Source: Camelus ferus
Lineage: Eukaryota
Direction: 5' to 3'
DNA: 64,000 nucleotides
Assembly (NCBI RefSeq): GCF_009834535.1
Contig: NC_045696.1
Location: 26,910,001 to 26,974,000, forward strand
Both the position numbers and the translations under genes were made by a program. Positions 37,935-50,779 of the stretch are shown piece by piece (positions within the stretch are counted from its first letter, which is position 1; each line of letters begins with the position of its first letter). The notes below the pieces were generated by a model, which searched no databases, was not told the origin of the DNA, and was given only the letters and a program-made list of their open reading frames with translations.

Positions 37935-39815
37935 AATTATGTTATTGTGAAAGTTTTTGTAGACATAGACATGTTTACTCTAAAATTTACATGGAAAAGG
38001 TACATGTCCTAGAAGAACAAAAATAGTCTTGAAAAAGAAGAATAAAATGAGAGAAATCATTCTACCTAATCTAAAGCCACAGTATCAACGGTGTGACACT
38101 GGCATAGAGACAGACACACAGATTAGGGGAACAACATAGAGAAACCATAAACTTGCACCAATATGACCAATTGATTTTTGACAAATGTGCAAAAAATGAC
38201 TCTGGATGAAAGACCAATTTTTAACAAATTGTGCTGGAATAACTGGACTTCTGTATATGCAAAGATTAATTATTAACCCTAATTTTATACCTTATACAAA
38301 AACTAATCCAGTATCAATGATAGACTTAAATGTAACATGTAAAATATAAAACTTCTAGGAAAAGAAAGAAAATGTTCAGGATCTAGGGCTAGGCAAAATG
38401 TTTAAATGTTTTGAGACTTGAAACCAAAGCATAATAATAAGAAATATTGACAAATCAGATTTTTATTAAAACTAAATAATTTTACTCCTAAAAAAATGAA
38501 AAAACAAGCTACAGACTGAGAGATAATATTTGCAAGCCACATGTTCAACAAGGGGTTAATATACAAAGAACACAAAATTCAGGAGTGACTGAAAAAGGAA
38601 TTCAAGTAGACACTGGACAAAAGAAAAAAAACATGAACATACACTTCACCAGACAGGATATGCAGATAGCAAATAAGCACATGAAAAAAAGATTCAAAAT
38701 CATTAACTATTAGAGAAATGCAAATTAAATCCACAATGAAATGCTACTAGACACTTCTCAGAAGGCTAACATGAAAAACAGTGACACAAAGTGCTTATGA
38801 AGATGCAAACTATATCATACAATCCTGGTGGGAATGTAAAATAGTAGAGTCACCTAGAAAACAGTGTCAGTTTCTTATAAAACTAAATATGCAATTACCA
38901 TATGACCCACCAACTGCACTCTTGGGCATTTATCCCAGAGAAATGGAAATTTATGTCAACACAAAAAATTGTACTATCTCTAATAGCCCCAAACTGGAAA
39001 GATTATGTATTTCCTTCAATAGGTAAATGGTTAAAGAAACGGTTTATCTATTCCATGGAATACTACTCAGCAATAAAAAGGAACTAACTACTGGCACATG
39101 CATCAACATGGACATAACCCCAGGGAATTGTGCTGAATGAAAAGAAGCCAGAGGGGAGAGTATAGCTCAAGTGGTAGTGCACTTGCTTAGCATGCATGAG
39201 GTCCTGGGTTGAATCTCCAGTACCTCCTCTAAAAATAAATAAACCTAGTTACCTCCCCCCACCAAAATAAAATAATTAAATAATACAATAATAAATTTAA
39301 AAAAACATTAAGCTATTTTTTTTAAAAGGTGCCCAAAAAAAAGAAAGAAAGCCAATCCCAAAAGTTTACATACTCTATGATTTCATTTATGTTATAGTTT
39401 TGAAATGCCAAAATTATAAAATTGGGGAACAGATTAGTGATTGCCAAGGACTAAGAATGAGGGTGAGGGTGGATGTGGAGGGATGCGTGATTTTAAAAGA
39501 GTAACAGAGGGGATCCTGTTGTGATGGAACTGTTCTATGTCTTCACTGCAGTGATGAATACACAAACATACACATGTGATAACATTACACAGAACAAAAT
39601 ACACACATGCAAACACAAATGAATATAAGTAAGTTAGGGAAAATCCAAAAAAGACTGGTAGATTTTTAACAGTGTTAATATTTTTGTTGTGGTATTGTAC
39701 TATAATTTTGCAAGATGTATCATTAGGGAAACTGGGTAAAAGTTACACAGAATCTCTCTATTATTTCTTTGAACTGTATATGAATTTACAACAATCTCAA
39801 AAAAGTTTTTTTAAA
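37935..39815 (+). mobile_element. 5'-truncated LINE-1 (L1MC-like): ORF2 end and 3' UTR
   Basis: ORF2 DNA (caattgatttttgacaaa, agagaaatgcaaattaaa, caattaccatatgaccca) and L1MC 3' UTR (gggatcctgttgtgatggaactgttctatgtctt). Confidence 0.88.
39151..39343 (+). mobile_element. Vic-1-type SINE inserted in the L1
   Basis: tRNA-Ala head and cctagttacctccccc tail; TSD aaagaagcca (39141-39150) / aaagaaagcca (39344-39354). Confidence 0.9.
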
Positions 39816-41785
39816 AAAGGTTTAATGCCATAATTATAAAAAAGTCATTTTTCTTTCATAACTAAAAGTTGCCAACTCTGGGACATATTATGGAAACTAC
39901 TTAAGATAGTTCAAAATACTTCCTTATGTCACTCACTTCTATTGAGGTCAAGTATAATAACAGTAGAATCATTGTGAATTCACCCAGTGAAAGAGAGCCA
40001 GGATCTGACTGTGCTGACAAGATTGAAATAACTTAGATGGAGAATGCTGTGGTGCTTTTGAGAAAACAATCTATGCAAATCTACACAATGAAGTGTTCAA
40101 GTTTGGGTGTGCTACCGGCAACTTTTGATAGTAAAAGGGAGTTGATGAAAGAGAAATTAGAATTGATGAAAGTTGCTAGGGGCTGTCCAAAAGTGAAGAC
40201 TATTTTATTAGTTATAAACAAGCCACTGAGATCATTCCTTTCGCATTTCCAATTCAGAAAGGAACTAAAGTGTCGCCAAAAACAAAGTTGCTTTTGTGAC
40301 TACTAGTGATCATCCATCCCAAAGCTATCAGTCATCTGTCCTCAAAATTACATATTTATGTGACTGCAGTAAACTTTCACGTAAAAGAATTCAAAGGTCA
40401 TTGTCCAAATAGATTCTGGCAAACTGAGAGACTGACAAGGGCACTGAATTCGGTTTCAACACCCAGTGATGGCTTTCCAGGTACTCCAAGGATACTTCCA
40501 CTGATTTCAGTGCATTCATAGGCAGGTCAAAATGCCTGCTGTATAGTGATGTCTGGTTTCAATTAAGATAATGAAGATACCTTTACATGTAATGGCATAT
40601 ATGATTTCATGTTAGTGTCTTTTAACAAAGAAAACGTCTTTAATTTTTATTTTCTTATAGGATCCTTAAGTAATTTTCCATCCAATAGGTCAGTGAGCCT
40701 TTATTTAGAAAATCTGTGATTTCTACCTTTAGCATACACATTTCCAAATAATTAATTTCTACTTAAATTTAACTGAATAAGAACTAAATAAGTGGGCTCT
40801 TTATTTAAATATCTTTGCTATATTTTGGGTATATCACATGAACTTCTTTTTAAATCTGAAATCATGCAAATACCAGAGATTTTACTCTCCTATAAAATTT
40901 GCATTGTGAGGAATATATAGCATAAAAAGAACACAAATGCTATTAAGGTTTTTAAGCTGTCAACTGAATTCTTTACACTACACTTACTCTGTTCCCATTT
41001 GCTACCAAGGAAAAGTGCAAAGTCAAACATGTTCTTACAAAAAGCACTATAAGCTGCATGTAAATAAGCCCACTTTCCCTGAGGGTCTATCTTCAATTTG
41101 ATAGTGCATTTAAGTGCTTGCTTTCACTTAGAATAGACTGAAATATACAAATAGAAATTGGGAGCAGTGAAAATGCCATTTATCCAAGATTTTCTCCAGG
41201 AATAAAAAAATCAAAGTAGATTACACTGTCTTTTTAAGCAGCTACTTTGATTAATTAAACAATTTCTTTCTATCAAGAAATATGAACAATAAGTGTAGAA
41301 ACAAATGCTTCAGGCAGTAAGTGACCAAAAGGAAATACTAAATTGGCAATTTTATTGAATAATTTTGCAGTTAAGTGATTCAATGTCTTTCTTTTCTTTC
41401 TTTCTTGGTTCTAATACAATACTGATAACTGCAGATGGGTTGGACTGACAAGTATGGCTACTTACCATACATCTGTAATTCTCCAACTAGTCGGAGTTCT
41501 AGACCAAAACATTCCACACAATTCATTCTTTTTATTTCATAATTTGTAGACACATCAAAGGATTGTAATATTAGTTGTTACAGCTTGTTTTATCAACATT
41601 ACCCATGTCACAGTTATTTCTACAGTGGTTTCCCAACTGGAACCCATTTTGGATGAGTGACTTTGACAGGCATGGTTACACAGTGGTTAAAAAGCATAAT
41701 TTCTGTTGTCAAACACATCTACGTTTAGATCCTAAGTCTCCTTCTATCCGGCTGTACCACAGAGGATAAATGATTAAACCACCTT

Positions 41786-42299
41786 TGTAACTGCAGAATC
41801 AGCCAAACTGGCCCTGTCTTGTTTCTAACAAGATACTGAGTTGTTTTTCAGAGACAACAGAACAAAACCACAAGTCATGCAGTTGAAGCATGCATACAGG
41901 AGAAAATTCTGACTTCACCTGGAATCAAAGTTTATTCCCTAGCCCAACAGAACCAAAGGACTGGAACACAACCAGAACTTGAACATTGGAACCCTCTCAG
42001 AAACAAAAGGTCCATTGTCCAAAAGATGGAGTGCTGAAGCCCTTTACCCTACCTGACCATAAATTGCCAAGTTCCAAAGACCTCCAATGGGAACCTGCCC
42101 CACCAGTGTCTCAGCATACCAAACTTCCTCCCCTAACTCATAAAAGTTCGATCGAATTCCAGACCACGGAGACAGATTTGAGCACTGCCTCTTGTCTCCT
42201 TGGCGTTCGATCTCAAAATAAATTTTTTTCTTTTCTCAAAGACAGTGCTATAGTATTGGTTTCTATGACCATCAGTTAGTGAGTCCTTGCCGGGTAACA
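41786..42299 (+). mobile_element. ERV1-type solo LTR inserted in a MIR (host about 41670-42420)
   Basis: TGTAAC...GGTAACA termini, AATAAA near 42217, retained CpGs; the MIR continues on both sides. Confidence 0.8.
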
Positions 42300-43671
42300 C
42301 TCTGAGCTTGTTTCCTTTTCTATACAATAGGTGTGATGTAACTAACTCATCAGTGAAGTAATATTTATACATTTCTTTGAATAGTCCTGAAATTTAGAAA
42401 ACATAATAAATGCCAGCTCTTGTTATTTTAATTTGCCTCAGCTGTGTGTGACACTGAACGCTCTCTAAAGAGCAACTCTGTTCGTAATGAGATTAATTCT
42501 AAGTAATATTAAACAGAGCAGGTCAAACTTAGTTTGTGCATCAGATTGTATATTACTTGCAAAAGTTGGCTCACCTCTTTTCTGTGAGAGAATACCTCCT
42601 TACCCTATTGAACTGGGGTTAGGTCACTTGATGCGCTTAGGCCAATGAACATACACAGAAATGACTAAGCTACTTTCCAGCAGAAGCATGAAGAGCTATT
42701 GAAGTTACCACAAGCTCTCTTGATTTTCCTTCAGACATAAGAACTGGCATGTCCCTTATAAAGGGACTCCAGCCTACATCCTGGAGCAGAGCTGATCAGA
42801 GATAAGCAACAACTAAAGTACAGTAGTCAGCATATAATTAATATGAATAAACACAAATGTTTTCATTGTAAGCCGTAGAGATTTGAGGACTGTTTGTTAT
42901 TTCAGGAAAATTGACTAATACAAAAATTGATACTTAATAGTAGGAGACTATATAACAAAACTAAACTGTGTGGCTTTGGCTTTGCGGTCAGGTGTCTGTG
43001 TGGAGAAAATTGTTATTGCAGTCTAGAAAAATAGTAACTCATAATAGGTATTGGCAAAACAACTTGGATTGCAAATCATATGTGTAATATATCTGTGGCT
43101 TTAGGCAAGGGGTTTGCAAAACTCAATATTGCTAATATTCCTTGGTTGCCATTGGTGGCATTTGATAAAGCATGAGGAGAAAGAGGGTTTCTCGGATCCA
43201 TCATTTTTCAAGAAGCAGTGAAAGGGAGTAAAGAGAATTTAGGTTATTTCAGGACTTGTTGAAAGATGCATCATCTTTTGAGCAGTAAAGGCTGGTTTAT
43301 ATTCAGTCTTTGGGCAAAGACCAAATCAAGTGTGAAATCTTCAAAGCCTTTGCTAAAGCCTCTGATTGGATTAAGGTGGCCCCTAGGAAATCCTTCCAGT
43401 TAGACTGAGTGGCTGAACAAAAAGAGAAAAAAGTATGTGTCCCACATAAGCAGGAAAGGTTCAAAATACCTATAATTACCTTTAGAGAAAGGACTGTCCC
43501 AAAGAGGCTGTGGATTGGCCATTGGCACATGAAACTGACTGGAATCAAACAAATAAAATGAAACACAACAAAGAAAGACTGTTGACTGCTTGAAATGTAA
43601 AATAACCTTTGGTTTCCAAATTTCCTCTGGCAGGAAGTGAAGTGAGAGGAAAGTGGGCAGAGCACAACCAC

Positions 43672-44235
43672 TGAAGGAATAACACAGCCATTGAGGACAG
43701 GACAAACTGGTTAGAACCAAGATGGCAGAAGATTTCACTTCCAGTAGGCCTTGAGCCTCATGGCACACCTACAGGTGCCATGACAGTTCCCAGGCTAACG
43801 ATAAAAGGTCAAAAAGTGGATAGGGGTAGTTTCCTGGAAATCCTCACCCCTTCCCCAAAGTAGTTAGAATAATCACCCTACTCATTAGCATATGAAATTA
43901 TCAAGCCCATAACACCAAATAACTCCTGCACCTCGTGGTCACTCTCGCTCTGTTGCTCTCTCTCTTGCCTTCTGAGATGGCCCACATCTGTCTATGGAGT
44001 GCGTATCTACTTTTATTTTAAACTAAATACCCTACACCTCTTGGCTTCTTTCCCTCTCACCTTTCTGAGATGGCCCACGTTCTGCCTATGGAGTATGTAT
44101 CTCCTAGGCTGTTTCCCCTTCTGAGTGAGGCAGACTGCATTCTGTCTATGGAGTGTGTGTATCCCTCTAAATAAACTTACTTTCACTTTACTATGCCTTG
44201 CTCTTGAATTCTTTGCTGCACAAGGCAAGAATCTA
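43672..44235 (+). mobile_element. MER41-like ERV1 solo LTR inside the MaLR internal region
   Basis: MER41 hallmarks gccatgacagtt, gaataatcaccc...ttagcatat, ctgcctatggagt, aataaacttactttcactttactatg...tgaattcttt; 3' end approximate. Confidence 0.8.
43831..43839. promoter_or_regulatory. STAT GAS motif TTCCTGGAA in the MER41-like LTR
   Basis: Exact TTCN3GAA at the position equivalent to the first tandem STAT1 site of MER41; function untested. Confidence 0.5.
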
Positions 44236-44581
44236 TTCTCCCCTAATGGAAGTAGCCTAGACAACTGCTCAAACAGAAAAGAAATCATATTATACTGTTA
44301 CCTCTTACGATGTAGCCATGAAAAATAGTATTAGAAACTTCTGTAGGGTGGATCCAAGCAAATGGAGGTCAACTGACTAGGAGTCAACTCCCAGATAAGA
44401 AAACCAGAACCTGCTCAAGATATATTGCATACAACCAAGATAAGGGTTCAAATAAGTTTTCCCAGAGGGATTTTTTAAAATAGCCATGTATCAGTGACTG
44501 CTGTGCATCGTCATTTCTTGTCTCAGATGAAGGGTGTATTTGATGAAGTTACCATTCTTCGTTCCACTGCTGGATATGAGT

Positions 44582-45118
44582 TGTAAGGGAACAGAATTTT
44601 CAACCCTAAATATGTCTCTTTGGCATATTCATTGTTTTAAGTTGGTTATTTTCTGAGAAACAGTGGACATCAGAAAGGTTCTAAAAACAAAGTAGGAGAT
44701 GCCCTTTCCTAAGAAATATTTACATTTGTGAGAGAAATCTTCATTTATAAGGGTGTCTCCCTGTCTGTACCTGGAAAAGGAGGATGACCAAATCTCTAAA
44801 AAACACTTATCAGTGGAGTAGGCACTGACTAACATCCACATCACAAACATCATTGTTTACTGTGCTTTTCCTGGTAATCTCCCATAACTGATTCTCCTCA
44901 CCCTCAACATCCTCTTTTTTTCTTTAGTTAAAAATGGTATTTAAGGTGAGGGTTTTGGCCATTTGGGTGAGTTGCTCAGTTTTCCTGGGTCTCTCCCACA
45001 TATACATGTTATTAAACTTCGTTTGATATTCTCCTGTTGATCAGTTTCATGTTAATTTAATTCTTAGAGCAGCAAGAAGAACTTAGAAGGGTAGAGGAAA
45101 ATGTATTCCTTCCCAATA
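44582..45118 (+). mobile_element. MER34-like ERV1 solo LTR inside the MaLR internal region
   Basis: TGTAAGGGAACAGAATTTTCAACCCTAAATATG start and gaacttagaagggtagaggaaaa end; same subfamily as 1001-1378. Confidence 0.85.
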
Positions 45119-45451
45119 AGGTGTTGGAATGGGTGGAGGTAAATGAATCATCTTTTTGGGTCATGGGATTCTAGAGCGTGATATCTGATATAGAGGATGC
45201 CATGAGATCCCAGAACTAGAGTTGATATGATGATAGGATGAACCTTTTGGGAATTCCTTGGGGAAGATTTGGGTGTGCTTTGAGAGTAGAAGGAAGAAAA
45301 ATAAATACTTATGACTGAGAAGGCAGATCACAATAGACTTCAAATATTCAATCCCTTCCACCCTGTGGGAGAAGAATATCCTGACCCTACACAGTTATAT
45401 TTGGACATGTGATGTGCTTTGCCAGTGAAATGAAGGCAGGTATGATACTTG

Positions 45452-45535
45452 TGTTGGGGAAGGAAGAAATTTTCCTCTATGCTTCTCGGTTTACCTGGCT
45501 GGTCTAAGAAACTGACATGAGACAGATTTATAGGA
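45452..45535 (-). mobile_element. MER34-like LTR 3'-end fragment
   Basis: tgttggggaaggaagaaattttcctctatgcttct...ggctggtctaagaaactgacatgagacagattta. Confidence 0.75.
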
Positions 45536-45539
45536 AGCT

Positions 45540-46045
45540 TCACGTTTTACTTATAATAAAATCAAAACTTCCTACAAGGCCTAGAAAGTCCTACATTATC
45601 TTGCCCTTTCTCTCCCTCTGATTACAAATCTTTCCATTCTCCCACATTTTTCCTGGACAAGACACACTAGGCTTTATTTATTTATTTATTTATTGTCCTT
45701 CAGAGTCACTGAATTTACTCCTACCTCAAGGACCTTGCTTTTCTGCATATAGTGTTTTCTCTCCAGAGCTTCACATTGCTCACTCAAGGTCAACATTAAG
45801 TTCTGAACTCAAATGTCACCTTCTCAGAAATGCCTTCCCCAACAGCATCCTCAACCATGCTTTGTTATATTACACTCTTTCATCTTCCTCGTAGTACTCA
45901 GTTATTTATCTATATGTTTATTGTTTTTCCTCCATCAACTAAAATGGAAGTTTTATGAAAACAGTGTACTTTTCTCATTTACTTTCATATCTGCAGGGCC
46001 TAAAATAGTGCTTGGAATATGATAGACACTCAAATATTTATGATG
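45540..46045 (+). mobile_element. L2 LINE 3' end
   Basis: aataaaatcaaaacttcct...ctcaaatgtcaccttctcagaaatgccttcccc...gatagacactcaaatattta. Confidence 0.8.
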
Positions 46046-47689
46046 GAAATTTCTCCATAAGTATGCATGCTGTATTAAATTTACAAATTCCTTAAGTACA
46101 AACAATGAGAAAACAAGTACCTATTTCCTAAACTTCTGTGTTTATAAGTCTCTTGATTCATAGTGCTGTTGGCTGTGAATACACCTGCTGGGAAACAGAA
46201 TAGCCAAAAATAATAAAGAAATTGCTGCATATGTTAATTTCTTTGCTAAAGATATTATTTAATGAGTGGCAATTCTATTAATTCTCAATTTCAATTAGTA
46301 TTCAATAAGTATTCCAAGAGATGAAACTATACTAGCAGTTTATATTTTACTTAGTCCACAAAAATAGAATATATCTTAGAATACTAGTTTAATTTTCTTT
46401 AATAAAAGATAAAGTCAGAAAAATTCTGCTAAATTTCAAATTTGTTAATATATATCTTTAATAAAAGCTATTCAGATCATTCATCAAAAGAGAATAAGAC
46501 AAGAAGTTAGGGGTAGAACAAGAAATTAAAAACCACATAAAATTATATAATTTCCCTGAAACTATAAATTGTATATGACAAATAAACGATGATGAAAATA
46601 TTGTTTAATATGAAATTTTGCATAAAAATATTTTAAAGTACCATAAGTACTATAATTCTATTAGGGTTTATCCATTATTCTCTATTCCTGGGGGAAAAAA
46701 AAAGCCATTTTTAATGTATTTTGCATTTGACATCTGAGAAAGGCCCAAGGTCATTTAGTAATTTGGATGTCAAAAATTACGATAAAATCAATCTTGACTT
46801 TCCCATTGCAAAAGTTAGAATTTCACAGCAGTAAGCACACACCTTTCTTACACGTAGTAGCTGTTCAATAAATATTTGTTGAATGAAGATTAATTGAACA
46901 GTTAATGAATTATCTAAAAATCTGATTTCAGAAATTTACTTTACCCTCTTTGTGAAATCTTTGAACTAGTAGCAGAGAGGGCTGTTTTCCTCTCAGAGCA
47001 ATACCAGAAAATGGAAAAAAAAATATCCAAATGTAGTATCAAATGTATATCAAATCCACTTGAAGAATCAGGTTCTATGTCTCTCACGTGATTTTTAATG
47101 TGATAGTAAGTAGATCTTTATTTTATCATTCCATCTTTTTTTCCTCAATGACTCTTGTATGTAAGTCTTTTTTTTTTTTTTTCTAATTACTTTTTCAACT
47201 TACAGTACACAAAACATTTCTTTGGGGTTTAAGCCCTCTGTATACAACTTTGCTGCTACTACTCAACAAACTTCCATTGTCTCCTCTTCATTTGTTGGAG
47301 ACTTTGCAGCCAGCTCACAGTCTAGTATATCTTTTTTACTCTCTCTCAGAGATTTATATTTTCATGTATATACAATCTGTTAAACTCATCCTGCTATTTC
47401 TACAACTTCTTAAATTCAGTGGCCTCACCTGTCCTCTCCATCAATCACCCATCCCATGGACCACCATCATCTAATGTGTTGTTCTAACACAAAATCTGAA
47501 ACTCCAGTAGTCTTCTCCCTCACTATTATTTATTTGTCTTCCTGTCCTTCCTCCTGATTTCCTACCACTCCCACACCTAACCTCAAGGATTTCATAGGGA
47601 CCTTTAATACTTTGACTATTGTATGAATAAGATTCTCTATGAATATCCTACACATTTTGGTGGATCTGAGGCTGCCTGGCATGTTTTTT

Positions 47690-48135
47690 CCCACCTCTTA
47701 ACTCTTTTCCCAAAATTGAATGTGATTCAGGCCTGCTTAGTCATGGATTATCTTGGAAACAATGGTATGTTCAGAGATGGAACCTTGACTAAATCAAGGC
47801 CAATCTGAATTTTTCCCTGGTTTGAGATATGAAAGTAAGAGTGAGGCATTATTTTCCACATGGGTTTCTAAGTTGGAAGAATGTAATTGTGACTGATGGT
47901 AGCAGTCATCTCTACCAGTCACAGAGGAAATCTGTTTGTAGAAGGAGATATTAAACCAAAAAGTAGGAGAAAGCAGAGCTGAGAAATAATGAGATAGAGT
48001 TCTGATGTCTTGTATAAACCCTAAAGCCAGCTGTGTCTGAAATCACATTCTCCTTGGTACTTCTCTGTTATATAAGCCAATAAAATCCCTTAAGCTAACT
48101 GAATTTGGTATTGATAACTTTAAAGTGAGAGTGAC
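47690..48135 (+). mobile_element. Old MLT1 (J/K-like) LTR
   Basis: aggccaatctgaatttttccctgg...agccagctgtgtctgaa...taagccaataaaatcccttaagcta. Confidence 0.6.
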
Positions 48136-48833
48136 ATCTAGAGCATCATTCAAAGCATGCCTTGATCCCTAAGTCTTCTCTAAACCTTCTAGCCCACAAT
48201 ATATAACTCCCTCTGGGTTCCATGCATCAATTTTCTACTGACATCTTATACATAGTAACTAAGATTGTCCTCTCTTGCCCTCTCTCTGTCTTTCTTCCAT
48301 ATATACACCCATAGTACCTATTACATACATTTTTTATACTACTCAGTTGGATTACATTCTCTTTTAGAGACACTATGTTTACTCTCTTGGCCTGTCCCAA
48401 AGTAACAGTATATGTTACTGTCAAAAGGTCAAAATATTGTTTACTTCTATTTAGGTAACAATATTTAATGAATATCCTATAATCCTTAAATCAGTGTTTT
48501 AATTGCTGAGGATTTGATGTGGATTTTATATGTTTGATTTTTGTCTGTCTAATATCCCTTCCTTTGGAGAACTCCATGACCCCTATTTCACTGTCCAGAG
48601 TCAATCTGCTCAGAACATTTGCTTTCACTGGAAGCAACCCTAGCCCAAAAGATAGGCAAGTGATGACTCAGGAAGTAGTCAATGGCATGAGACCTCCTCC
48701 CAGGCTATCTGAAGGCCATCTTCTTGTCTAATTGTATTGCCAAGTGTACATTTATTCATGGGGATAGTCTATATGAAAAACAAGGCCAGGTAGAGGCAGA
48801 GTCAAGAGAAGAATAAATAGAATTATATCATTT

Positions 48834-49321
48834 TGATACTGAACCAAACTTGGGTCTGCTTGACCATGTGTGGTAAAGCAAATCTATTGACACCAGGTTG
48901 TGGTAAAGGAAAGTGTAGCATTTATTCAGGATGCCAAGCAAGGAGTCCAGAGCAGCTAATGCTCAAAACACCCAAACTCCCAAATGAGTTTCAGGAAAGT
49001 TTTTAAATGCTTAGTGAGAGAGTCCCAGGGTATGTGATCAGATTGTGCACAATTCTCTGATTGGCTAATGGTGCGGTTAACAGGGTGATGTCACGGGGGT
49101 TAACATTATCAGTCCTTAGGTGTCAGTAGGTCTGGGGGCTATGAGTTCATGGTCATCAAGTAGTTAAGTCTTCCATTTGGTGGGGGTTTTAGCATCTGTA
49201 AAACAACTCAGGAAATGTGCATCAGAAACTGTTATCTGGGTACTTCAGAGAGGAGCTAAAGCAGACGATATGGGGGAGGGGTGTGTCCTAAGAAGGCCCC
49301 ATGGGGTCCTGCTCAGTTACA
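48834..49321 (-). mobile_element. ERV1-type solo LTR inserted in an old MLT1 LTR (host about 48560-49485)
   Basis: Antisense start TGTAACTGAGCAGGACCCCATGGGGCC; perfect TSD attt (48830-48833 / 49322-49325). Confidence 0.88.
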
Positions 49322-49710
49322 ATTTCACACACACTTAAATCTACCCATACCAGAAACCAATTTATACACCTTGGTCTTCACCTTAGGTGAGGTAAAATTT
49401 GCTTCTTCTATTTTCCTTCTTTCTTAAAATAATTTGAGTTGTATTTCTGCTTTTCACTTACAACTGAAAGAATCCTGATTAGCATGCATGGACCTCCAAA
49501 CCTAGAACCCCCGTTCTCAAGGAAGTTCTCAACCACTGACCATGGAGGAGAAAGACCTGCATAATGTACTACGGTGCTCTATTTAATGCAGTGTGTAAAA
49601 TAGATTGAGAGCCTAGAAGAATTATGTAGAACAGGTAGATAAATAGACAAAAGTTACAATAGAGGAACTATGGATAAAAGTTATAGAGGTTAGACATGAA
49701 AAAACACATA

Positions 49711-49853
49711 ATGCATAATTAATAGTTATTGAATTAATAAATAGAACCTGGAAATTGAAGAGCGAATTATCTAGTTCACTAAATGCATAATTAATATTCA
49801 TTGAATTAATAAATATAACATAGAAATTTGATTTAAGAGCAAATTATCTAGTT
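49711..49853. repeat. Diverged tandem duplication, unit about 72 bp
   Basis: atgcataattaata...ttgaattaataaata...agagc(g/a)aattatctagtt occurs at 49711-49776 and 49783-49853. Confidence 0.9.
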
Positions 49854-50779
49854 TTCTTTCAAGTATCATTAAGCTGTTTTCACTGAGAGAAAAAAATATG
49901 GAGAAAGCACCTTCCATCATACGAGTTTTATTTACAATCTCAAGTGAGCTTGTTTAGGTCAGTGTTGTGGGTGTTAAGGAGATGTGCTACAAAGACATCA
50001 AAGTCAAGTAAATACCTCATCATGAATTATTATTTTAGTAGAAACCATTCTTGCCCTACACAAGGTGCTCCTGGGACAGTAAAAGGCACAATGAATAATT
50101 TATCTTTGGATAACCTTGCTACATTTCTAGGTTCAAGGAACAGATAGCTTCATAAACCAGATTACCCCAAGGAACAAAACTCTGGGCATGGAGTGGGTCA
50201 AGGATAGTCCTAAGTGGGTTTCTTTTGCAGTTTCCTTGGTATATCTTAAAAATAACAGGTTCCCCTACAGAAAACATATAGCTCTTAGTACATCCAGTGG
50301 CAGGAACAGTGATAGCTAAGGGGGAAGTCTATGTAAGCCTGTCTGTTCTCATAAGTCAAAACTAAACTAAACACCTTCCCTCCTTGTTCTTTCTTCTGTA
50401 TTTTCAATCTCAGAAAATGGTACCACAGTGTTTTAGGCACTAGAGTTAGAATCCTGGAGGTCATTTTATCTCATCCCATTGCCCTCCTTCCCCGTATCTG
50501 TTTTCTAACTGTGGTTTGTCCATTTCACCACATCAGCATGAAAGCGGCAGTATCTTCACCACCCACTGCTTTCCTCCTACTTCTGTTGCCCTGATTCTGA
50601 TGTCATCACCTCTCTTCTTTGCCTAATTGTATTTCCAGAGAGAAAGGTTTTGCATGAGCAGACACAGATGTTTGTGAGCTAGATGAGAGGGTAAATAACA
50701 AAAAACAAAAACAAAGACAGCTGTCCAAAAAGAAAACACATGTGTCAAATTGGAAAAAAAAAAAAAATAAGGTGAGGTC

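Larger units (their letters stand above)
42535..45451 (+). mobile_element. Near-complete MLT1-type MaLR provirus (5' LTR about 42535-42921, internal region, partial 3' LTR about 45329-45451)
   Basis: 5' LTR ends ...ttgttatttcaggaaaattgactaataca and is followed by an MLT-int start; ctgtgagagaatacctccttaccc...gccaatgaa recurs as ctgtgggagaagaatatcctgaccc...gccagtgaa. Confidence 0.7.

Noticed and set aside
1001..45118. Same-subfamily, same-orientation LTRs at 1001 and 44582 as the ends of one provirus or a segmental duplication
   Set aside because: They are about 43 kb apart with unrelated flanks, no matching internal sequence and substantial divergence
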